From Macrostomum hystrix (taxonomy: Eukaryota; Animalia; Platyhelminthes), in the NCBI GenBank assembly GCA_950097015.1, contig CATNEN010000039.1, forward strand, positions 7,812,001 through 7,876,000: DNA of 64,000 nucleotides, written 5' to 3'. Every line of letters begins with the position of its first letter. The first letter of the stretch is position 1. Of this stretch, positions 13,471 to 23,595 are shown in pieces. Position numbers and translations under genes: made by a program. Below the pieces are notes generated by a model. The model made no database searches. It worked only from the letters and a program-made list of their open reading frames with translations, and was not told the origin of the DNA.

Positions 13471-16400
13471 ATGCTCTATGGCGGAGAGCGGCGCCGACAT
13501 CAGAGTAGTGGACACGGCGATAGGCTTGCAGTCGACGACAATGTCACTAGTTGACGCCTGAATAATACTACCATTACTACCATGAATCATGGTTGAAGCA
13601 CTCGTGACGCCATTGTTATTAACCAGACTGTCAAGGATAGACTTGGCCGCTGCGTCTTCCGCTGCTTCGGCCGCCGCCGCAGCTGAAAGCTCCTCCGCAG
13701 CTTGTCGCATTGAACCTGTCTAAAAAGAAAATAATTTCACACTGGGTCAAACACAAGAATGTTATTTAGTCAGCCAATCAGAGACAGGGAACAGATTGCA
13801 CACAAAAGAGAGCCAATCAGGGACAAGGAACAGATTGCACACAAAAGACAGCCAATTAGAGACGAGGAACGAATTTTATAATAAGCCAGCCAATCAGAGA
13901 CGACGAACAGATTGCACAAAAAGCCTCATATCAGAGACTGACACCACACTGCGCAGAATCTACTCACAAGCCGCATCTGAGCTGTCGGGCAAGCATTAGC
14001 AGCCGGCTCAACAGCTGCCGCTCCGCCAGTTCCGGTCTTGTGCGCGTAGGCGCAGTGCCGCTTCAGATTGTAAAGCCGGACAAACCGGTTGCCGCACAGA
14101 TCGCACTGGTGCCGCTTGCGCAAAGCGGCTGGTCCGTGCTCGCGCAGATGACGCAACAGGGTGCCGCGAGTCTTGAATGCGGCGCCACACTCCTCGCAGG
14201 GAAATGAGCGCGCCTCCGAGTGCTTAAATAGCAGATGATCGCTGAGTGATTTCTTGCACAGAAAACGCTTAGGACATTGCGGACAAGCGTAGCGGCGCTG
14301 GTCAGTGTGGCGAATGAGATGCCGGGCAAAGTTGGTCTGGTCGTGAGTGGCATAGGGGCAGTGCGGACAGGAGTTCTGACGTCGATGCTCCGGCGACTGG
14401 TGCAGCTTGAGATGCCGGTGCAGGCTGCTGGAGGCGCGGAATAGCTTGGCACAGACAGGACACCGGCGGGGCTGTGCTGGGTGCTGCCGCTGCTGCTGCT
14501 GATTCTGCTGGCGGCGATGCTGCTTTGAACGACGCTGCAGCTGCTTCTGCTGTTGCTGCTGTTGGCGGCGAAGCCGATGCTGCTGTTTAAAAAATAATAA
14601 TTGCAGGAGGGCTGCGGGCAATGGCTCACCATTTGGCGACACTAGACCCACAGCCAGTGAGGAGGCCATTCTGCCGATTTCGCTGACTCCTGAGCACACA
14701 CGCACACAGAAACTGTACACAGGCACACACTCACAGGTGTGTACATCTGCCCTGCCTTTCACATCTTCAGGCAGTGTACACTCTCACTGTGTCTTGGAGG
14801 TTGGCCCTCAAGGGCGTAAATTGCACGGCAAGTCCCCCAAGCTTTCTCTCCGCGGCTGTGTACCAAATGAATGTGGCCTCGCCACGGAATCGAGCTCAGG
14901 GACCTTGGTGCGAGAGGCAAACGCATTAACCGGTCTGCCACCGACCCCCTTGCTGATTCAACGTGGGCTCCTTACACGTCAGCAAATTACAAGATGACTT
15001 GGAAATCGCTTTGTAGAAAAAGCAGAAAAAAGCAATGAATTTTGCGCACTTACTTGCTCGTCTCTGCAGTCGCCGCTTTCGCTGACGCCGCCAATGGCCA
15101 GGGTGACAATGCTGTGCTTCTGCTGCTTGTGCAGCTGCAGTGCCTGTCGGCTGGCGAAGCTGCGCGCGCAGATGGCACAGTGAAAAGCTACGTCTGCTGC
15201 GGCATTGGCGCCAGCGCCCGTGCCAACGGCGAAACCGCTGCCGCCGCCGAGACGGCGAATACCGTGTACTAGTCTCAGGTGGCTGAGCAATTGGCCCTTC
15301 TTCTGTACAGCCAGGCCGCAGTGCGGACAGCGCAGCGAGTGCTTCAGTGTCACGTGATCGCGCAGCTCGCGTTCCAGGCCAAACACCAGCGCGCAGTGCT
15401 GACAGCGGGACACCGCATTGGCGTGTATGGCCTTCAGGTGCGCCTGGAGGGCCGCCTCGGTGGCAACGGGCTTGCAGCACAGGCTGCAGGCGAATTTGTT
15501 GTGCGCCATTCGCAGGTGCGTGCTCAGCTCTTCCGTTGACTGAAACACCCGTTCGCTGTTGTGGCAGAGCGCGCAGCTGCGGATTGCATTTCAGAGGGTT
15601 GGGTGTATGCTGGTTGCTTAATTCTGATTGGCTAGCTAATGGGGTGGCTGTAGTGAATCTTAATGGCTATATTTTGATTGGCTGCTAAACTGAGTAGGGC
15701 GGTTGTCGAGGGATGTTGTGATTGGCTGGCGAATAGGCAGGTGGGGTGTGGTGATGTCAAGGCGGCACTCACCGACTGGTGCTACCAGAGCTGCCGGAGG
15801 CGCCGCCAACCCCCTTGGCCTTGTGCGCTCGCTTGGCGTGTCCCAGGAATCGAGCGCGCTCTTCAAAATGGCGCAGGCAGACTGGACAGCTGCGAGACAC
15901 AAAGTAGCCAGCTTGGGCGAGCCGGCGTCCAGGCGACGTGGCCGAAGTTGACAGGCATTCGTGAGCCAGCAGGGTGGCTCGGTTAGAGAATGTGCCGCGG
16001 CAGGTACGGCAGCTGGCGCCGCCAACCTCGCCGTGCCCAGCGGCCAGGTGCGCCAGGTAGGCGGACCAGGTTGAGAAGGCCGGCTGGCGGGAGCTCGGAC
16101 ACTCCGGGCACTGCAGCTCGTCGCCGTCGTCTTCGTCGACAAAGAAGGCGGCGGAATCGTCGGCGTTGACGAGAACAGAGGTTACCAACGCTTCAGTGGC
16201 CATCGGCGACGTCGCCGCATCGCCGAGATCATTGACGTCCATGGCTGAAACATCGGCCGACGCAGGCAGTGGAGCAGCCGAAGCGCCAGCAACGCCGTCA
16301 ACGGTCTCCTGGTCCAGCTTCACTGGACGCTGACTTTTGCGCTTCGGCCGCATGCACTTGTTGCCAAGGCTGGGCCCGCCGCCCGCACCGCCAGGCTGAC

Positions 16401-18070
16401 TGGAGGCTGCGGCCGCGCAGGCGTTGAGTAAGGCTGACAGCGGAGGAGCCGATGAGTTTGACTCGTCCGCATCAACCGGCATTGATAGCATTATCAGCTG
16501 CTGCTGCAAAGTCCGCACGGCAGAGGCCTCCGACACCCGGGACGATTGAACCACTGCTGACGCGGATGTTGATGACAAGGACGATGGCTGCGCGCATGGA
16601 GGCGCAACCCGCGGCGGTGGTGGCAAACGTGTTAGCAATGTCATTTGTTGCTGCTGCTGATGCTGAGGAGTCCTCTGGCCGGCCCTGACGGACAGCTGCT
16701 CAGGCACTTCGGCGCTCAAGACATCTTCGGGGTCGTCGGCAATCTGAGTTGTCAAATTATAGAATTATGGGTGTGATGACCGACAGAGCACAAACCCACA
16801 AAACACATTACAAACCACAAAAAACAGATAACAAACCCACAAAAACACTAGAAACCCACAAAACACATCACAAACCCACAAAACATATCACGAAACCCAC
16901 AAAACACACAACAAACCCACAAACACACAACAAACCCACAAACACACAACAAACCCACAAACACACAACAACCCCACAAACACACAACAAACCCACAAAC
17001 ACACAACAAACCCACAAACACACAACAAACCCACAAACACACAACAAACCCACAAACACACAACAAACCCACAAACACACAACAACCCCACAACACACAA
17101 CAAACCCACAAACACACAACAAACCCACAAACACACAAGAAACCCACAAACACACAACAAACCCACAAACACACAACAAACCCACAAACACACAACAAAC
17201 CCACAAACACACAACAAACCCACAAACACACAACAAACCCACAAACACACAACAACCCCACAAACACACAACAAACCCACAAACACACAACAAACCCACA
17301 AACACACAACAAACCCACAAACACACAACAAACCCACAAACACACAACAAACCCACAAACACACAACAAACCCACAAACACACAACAAACCCACAAACAC
17401 ACAACAAACCCACAAACACACAACAACCCCACAACACACAACAAACCCACAAACACACAACAAACCCACAAACACACAACAACCCCACAACACACAACAA
17501 CCCCACAAACCCACAACAAACCCACAAACACACAACAAACCCACAACAAACCCACAACAAACCCACAAACACACAACAAACCCACATTACGATTAGAAGG
17601 AATATTCTCTAAGCAATTACCAGATCGTTAAAATCGGCAATGCTGAGATCTCCAAGCGGGCACAGTTTGACGCCGTCGTCATCATCATCATCATCAACCT
17701 CCTCTTCGACTTCGTTAACATGTTCAGCAGCCTCGGTGGAACGCATCGATGCAACAACAGCATTGACAGAGTCGGTATCCTCGGGGTCTTCATCTTCAAC
17801 GTCGTCGACGTCTTGATCTACGCTAACATTGGCTAGGCTAGACTGTTCAGGCTGACTGGCGACCACGTTAACGCTGCTGCCGCCGCCGCAGTCGACGCCA
17901 CGAAAGTTGACCCGCGTCGCTTTGTCATTATCAACAATGAGGTTGAGCGTGTCCTGTAGATAGAGTATCAGCGGCAGCCGCAGCGCCGCCCGCACAGACA
18001 GGATGCCAGCCCTGACGCGATCGATTTGGGCGCACAGAGCCTGCGCCTCGGCGGACGCTTCCTGCGGAGG
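13024..18070 (-). CDS. Multi-C2H2 zinc-finger protein (about 13 fingers in three clusters, polyQ tracts, about 1085 codons)
   Basis: Exons 18070-17621, 16743-15773, 15576-15054, 14582-13968 and 13719-13024 have GT-AG boundaries and matching phases (0,2,0,0), total 3255 nt. Fingers include CPVC..H..H, CPHC, CPQC, CEEC and CDLC, with an HTDQRRYAC linker. The start is unresolved: possible micro-exon MQLSR at 18479-18465. Confidence 0.88.
13770..13925. repeat. About 39-bp degenerate intronic repeat (4 copies), each with AGCCAAT(C/T)AG
   Basis: AGCCAATCAGAGACAGGGAACAGATTGCACACAAAAG and variants near 13772, 13811, 13850 and 13888. Confidence 0.75.
14590..14950 (-). mobile_element. tRNA-derived SINE, family B (about 365 bp)
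   Basis: Minus strand begins GGGGTCGGTGGCAGACCGGTTAA (A-box-like), then GAGCTCGATTCC (B-box-like), and ends in an ATT-rich tail. Homologous copies at 26928, 36906, 38148 and 47684. Confidence 0.8.
16790..17586. repeat. 19-bp A/C minisatellite CAAACCCACAAACACACAA (about 42 copies) filling a zinc-finger gene intron
   Basis: Direct tandem repetition; lies between the donor at 17620 and the acceptor at 16744. Confidence 0.97.
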
Positions 18071-18194
18071 CTGCGGAGAAAATAAAAAATTGTTTTTAAA
18101 TAACGCTTATTACCTACTGGGAGTAGTGCAGGTGAGTGTGAGCACTTCTTTAGCTCGAAAGGATAAGGAAAGATGGGCATCTATATGTACATTT

Positions 18195-18335
18195 CAGATC
18201 TACAGGGATATTACAGATCTGGGGAGATATTACAGATCTGGGGAGATATTACAGATCTGGGGGATATTACAGATCTAAGGAGACATTACAGATCTGGTGA
18301 GACATTACAGATCTATGGAGACATTAAAGATTTAG
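18195..18335. repeat. About 19-20-bp minisatellite GGGAGATATTACAGATCTG, about 7 copies
   Basis: Direct tandem repetition. Confidence 0.85.
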
Positions 18336-19239
18336 AGGGTTGGTCTAGAAGTTATAAAACTATATGGCTAAACTGTAAATAGAACTCTTTATCTCTTTAA
18401 TAAAGACGCGCAAAGACAAGCCAATTTCAACAAGTCAAACAGCATGTCTCAGCAAGGCAATTACCCTGCTCAACTGCATGTGAGCTCAAAAAGCAGCTGA
18501 GAATAGCGACTTCTGGCGGTGAGCACTTTTATTAAACTCGAATAAACTATTACATAGAAACTTGATTGAAGAAAGAGAAAAAAGCAATTTTGAAAAAATT
18601 AGCCAAACCATAAATATCAGTTGACACCAAAAGCACGACTGTTGTGTATGCTACATAGCTTAACTAAAAAAAACCTGGGTATCTAATAAAAAAATCAATC
18701 CGAGCCACTGTGTTATGCTAGCAACAAGTGTTCCTTTTGGTTTAGCAAAAACAACAAATTAAAAGCTCAACCAACTAAAAGAGTACTTTAATTTATTGCT
18801 CTTTGGGCACTTGATGGAAATAGAAAAAGGCGATTTTCTGACCAACCAACGCTGGATAGTTATAAAGAATTATTTATTAAGTAGTAAATGCTTCAACGTT
18901 TCACATTCACGCTAAAACATATGTAATAAAGAAACTGAATGTCTCACATATATCCGAATGCGGCGTTGGCACTTTTTGTGGCGGTGGGCTGACGTAAAAA
19001 GCTTTCTTTATTATAAAACAAACCCATCTTTGTACTCTGAAAACTGTGTTAACCAAATAAAAGGCATCTATACTACTAGAAGTAGCTTACTTACTACAAA
19101 CACGTCTATCTGAATGAATTGAAAATTTACAGCGATGCCAAAAACTGTCCGCAGCTATTAAAAACTCAGCTTTTTCATTCATCACTCCATTACGAATGAA
19201 CAGAAGACGGGCCTTGGAACACTGTCCCTAAAAACACAA

Positions 19240-19500
19240 CTAATTCCAATATTGCTGCGGCACCTGCTGCGGCAGGTAATACGCAGTAGCCAGGTACTGA
19301 TTAGGCTGCTGCTGCTGCTGCTGATATGATGCCGTATTAACAGCGGCATTATCCATCAATTGCTGAGCATAAGCACTGTACTGTTGCTGATAGGCCGGAT
19401 AATATTGGGCATAATAGCTGGCACTGTAGGCCGCACTATTGGCCATTAGCTGCTGGGGCTCCGGCTGATAACTGTACTGCTGCCGCGGCTGCTGGTACCC

Positions 19501-19546
<46 letters not shown>

Positions 19547-19816
19547 AGTTGTACAGGCTTGGCAGCACTGATAATCACCGACACACCGTCGATATCGATA
19601 CTACGGCCAATCAGGCGACTCGCTGACTCGGCGTCCTCAAGGGTGACAAAGGCGAAGGGTCGCACAGACTTGTTTGACACGTAGACATTGGTGGCAATCA
19701 GGCCAAGCTGTTTGGCGAAGTAATCGCTCAGCGCTTCGTCTGTCAAGGTGTCCGGAATGCCGCCCAGGTAGATTCTACGCGGCAGGTGAGATTGAGCGGC
19801 TAGCTGGTGCGGCTGA

Positions 19817-19864
<48 letters not shown>

Positions 19865-21600
19865 GGCTGCTTACTGTTTGGGATCTTCAGCTCGCAACGG
19901 CGACCGCCCATCTGGATAAAAATAAGGCAAAAAACGAATTAGATGACGAAGCATTTACCAACAATGTTAACAGTAGAATAACCAAGCCATTTGCCGCCGA
20001 ATTCTAACAGCCTTGGGTGGTGACTCATTGGTTGACAGACTAGGCGATGGTGTACTGTGGTTGAGCTGCGCCCAATATTTAAGCTTGATCGGTGAAATAG
20101 GAGAAATTCGCGCCAGGGTGTCCATAGCGGCCTAGTTCCACCTGTTGTAGCCCTTGAAGGTCCGTCTAGATAATGATAGGTCACCACCGAAGACAGAGAT
20201 GACGCAGGCACATTCGGTTGACATTCTGAAAACTTTTAAAGGCCTGGCAAGGCCGCCCTGAGGCGCAGTGCTAATTAGTGTCTAGGGGTGTATGAAAACA
20301 CTAGCGCTTAAAGGAAAAATCTCACTTTCGGTCAGAACTATTGAATATCTCGACGGTCTAAAGAGCTGGCGACTTAATTGATGTTTCAGAAGATGCGCAA
20401 CAAAAAGTTGGCCCGTGTGCTTGCGTTGTTCCGTTCGGGTGCAGAAGGAAAATTGTCAGGGTGGGAACTACCAATGGGGGGATTTCCTTGGTTGTTCTAC
20501 TGTTAAGTGTTTAATTTACCCATAAGCTGCGCACAAGATAAAGAAAAAATTAATAAATTTTTGCTATAAACACCTCATAGAAGCGGGACTCCAGCGCCAG
20601 GTTCTGACTGTCGATGTCGCTGAACCGCACGAAGCCGAATCCCCGGCTGGCCCCGCTAGTGGGATCCCGCTTCACCTGGGCCATGGCCAGGCAATTTGGC
20701 CTGATGGTCGACTCAAAGTAGTCGCGCAAATCCTGCTCCTGATAGTGAAACGGCAGGCCCAGAACAATGAGATCGATGCAGCCGTTTGCGCCGTCTTCGG
20801 CTTCCTCGCCATTGCCATTGCCGAACTCGTCGCCATGACTCTCGCCGTTGTCTTCAACGTCATCATCGCCCCTATCGTCCACGTCGCCTTGGCCATTGAT
20901 TTTAACTTTATTTGTCTCCCCAGTCTCCGGGCAATGCTCCACGCTGCCGCCTTCATTGCCGCGATTGCCATCATCGCTGGAGCATTTGCGCCGCTTTCCA
21001 GGACCGCCAGTTGCCGCAGCGAAGTCATCGCTAACTTCATCATCCGGATCGCGGTCCCTAGTGTACAGGATGAGATTATGTGAATATCTATTTATGAAAC
21101 AGGATAAAGATTATCCGGGGTAAAGAGATCAATATGGGGAAATAAGGGGAGATCAGAATGGGGAAATAAGGGGAGATCAAAATGGGGAAAAGGATGATCA
21201 ACACGGAAAAAAAGGATATCAATCTGGGGAAATAAGGGGTGATAAATATTTGGAACTAATGGGTGATCAATATGGGGAAACAGAAAACACAGCCTGTTTT
21301 ACACAGGTTTTACACTTACTTATCCTTCCTGTTGCTGTGCACGCAAAAGTACACGGCTTCGGACCAGCGCGTCAATTCATCCGGGAGACTCAGCGCACCA
21401 TCGTCAGCCAGAGGCACTGGGCGCAGGACGCCGCTCTGAGGACAACGATAGCGCAGTCCGACAGCGCCGGGAAACTTGGCCGCCAGGCTGCTTAACGACA
21501 GCCGGGTGGCACAGTTGGAGTCAGGTTCGAGTTGCACTTGAGCACTGGACTCGAAATCTTTGTCAGTTTCGGCAGAGAATATAGTCAAGCAGTCGGCCAT
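19240..21600 (-). CDS. TARDBP: TAR DNA-binding protein 43-like (NTD + NLS + RRM1 + RRM2 + Q/Y-rich low-complexity tail), 478 aa
   Basis: Exons 21600-21320, 21057-20574 and 19911-19240 (phases 2,0; 1437 nt). NTD motif LSSLAAKFPGAVGLRYRCP (cf. TDP-43 QFPGACGLRYRNP), KRRK, RRM1 DLIVLGLP...RGFGFVRF, RRM2 RIYLGGIP...RPFAFVT...GVSVIISAAKP. Confidence 0.9.
20160..20375 (-). repeat. Dispersed repeat fragment (probable DNA-transposon/MITE piece) shared with 50690-50868
   Basis: The reverse complement aligns by eye with 50690-50868 (AGACCGTCGAGATATTCA, CCGAATGTGCCTGC, GTCTTCGGTGGT, TTATCTAGACGGA). Confidence 0.75.
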
Positions 21601-21829
21601 TTCGTGCACTGCTGTAACAATCAAAGTGATTAAATCTGCAGTAGGACCAATTTAATCCGGCGGCACTGAATAATTCTGCAGTTTATAATTTTTTACACGA
21701 TAACTACAAGCAATAAGTCAATTCAGATAAGAAAAAGAAATTGAATTCCAAGATCAGTAAAAACGATTGCGACCTGTTTATTGATAGAAAAATTAGTGTG
21801 TTTAAGCCTAAAATAGCATTATATAACTA

Positions 21830-22759
21830 CTACGGGTGTGTCATAAGTAATGTCACTGTGGTTGTTGTGCGGGAACCCAAAGCAATAATCATCCAAATAT
21901 ATAATATTCTGAAAGTACATTTATTGAGAAGTTGCCACCACACCTGAGCAGCAATTTTAATGTCTATGGCCAAAACTGTCGCAAAAATTTGTTAATCATA
22001 TTTAGCAAGCGCAACGCGATGAAATCTTCTTTTTGCAACGAGCAAAACTCAACATGAATCACGACAAGACGCACATCCAGTTCTACGCTTTCATTCGCTT
22101 CAAGCTTGGAAAATCTGCACTTGAAGTAGAGGAGGATCTCCGGAACACACTGCCAGACAACTGCCCAACTCGCAGGACAATTTACAGGTGGTTTCAGAAC
22201 TTAACTGATCCTGGGTTCGAATTGGGAGATGCCGCCAGATCTGGACGACCATGTTCAACCAGGACAATAGAGAACATCGAAGTCATCAGCGACCTGGTCA
22301 AGGAAGACCCGCGGCAGTCTGTCAGGGAGCTAGCGGACTGCTTGGAGATTGATTTCAAGACAGTCCATCGCATCTTGACAGAGGATCTCCATCTCCGAAA
22401 CGTCTGCTCGGTCTGGGTGCCCCATCTGGATTTTCTGGCTGGACGGCGAGTAAATCTGCTCTGGCAGAGTCCCTACAGCCCAGACTTCAACTTGTGCGAC
22501 AGGTTTCTCTTTAAATGGCTGAAGGCAGACTTTTCCCAGAGAAGTTTCGCAAACCATGATGAGGTCAAAGAAGCCGCGTTGCACTGGTTCCGACAGCTGG
22601 AGGAAAAACATCTGCAGGCTGAGGTAGAGAAGCTGTACGAGCACTGCCAGAGGGTGATATTGGGGGACACTATGTTGTTGATTGATACAGTTTCGTTCAT
22701 CTGCGGCTGTTAGTTGGTCTGTTTTACCCTCAGTGACATTACTTATGACACACCCGAAG
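21830..22759 (+). mobile_element. Mariner element, 930 bp, internally deleted, with an intact ORF (ATG 22054 to 22713)
   Basis: TA target duplications at 21828-29 and 22760-61; 29-bp TIR CTACGGGTGTGTCATAAGTAATGTCACTG (1 mismatch). ORF has an HTH region, RSGRP, WVPHL fused directly to SPYSPDFNLCD. Confidence 0.93.
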
Positions 22760-23340
22760 TATTTAGGATTTTATTACCATTTAGAATGACACATAATGAA
22801 GCCCTATTGGCTAGTAAGGTAGAAAAGCAGTACATTAAACAATAAAAAACTATTTTGAGCAGTCCACTAACTTTAGATGAGTTTCTTATTAACACAGGCT
22901 GCAAAGGTAAGCTATGATTTGATTGCAGCCACTCTCTGAACAGAACAATATTTTTATCTAACAAAATGCGCACACACACAAACAGAAATCATGCAATGGC
23001 AGATAGTTGTTTATTAAAATAATTTGTGAAAGAGTGTTCTAGCACGGAATGCTAAAAGCTTGATGAAAAAAAACTCAATTAAAAACTGTCGCAGGATATG
23101 GCCCGCAGCATTCATGGAAAAAGTGGTAAAAAATCTTCAAGAGAAAGAATTGAATTATGATTATTCTTAGCGTGAATTTCAGAGTTGGAGGGGAGTGGAA
23201 TAGCTAGTCTAATATACTAATTTTACTCAATCAATTGTTTTCAATGGTATATAAAAATGTGCTGATTGTAAATTGAAACCATTATTTTATTTAACAAAAA
23301 CGCCAAATCATCGTAAGCAGCAAAAAAAACCAATGAAATC

Positions 23341-23592
23341 TATTTATATAGTATCAATCGAACTATAGTAAAGTACTATTTATATAGTATCAATCGAACT
23401 ATAGTAAAGTACTATTTATATAGTATCAATCGAACTATAGTAAAGTACTATTTATATAGTATCAATCGAACTATAGTAAAGTACTATTTATATAGTATCA
23501 ATCGAACTATAGTAAAGTACTATTTATATAGTATCAATCGAACTATAGTAAAGTACTATTTATATAGTATCAATCGAACTATAGTAAAGTAC
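23341..23592. repeat. Perfect 36-bp tandem repeat x7 (TATTTATATAGTATCAATCGAACTATAGTAAAGTAC) at the start of the PanK 3' UTR
   Basis: Seven identical units ending 3 nt from the PanK stop codon. Confidence 0.97.
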
Positions 23593-23595
23593 GAG

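Noticed and set aside
16749-17612. T/H/K/N-rich and C/V/G-rich ORFs
   Set aside because: 19-bp repeat lying inside a well-defined intron
23341-23592. 36-bp repeats as a CRISPR array
   Set aside because: No spacers, eukaryotic context and no cas genes; the same applies to the 30- and 31-bp arrays
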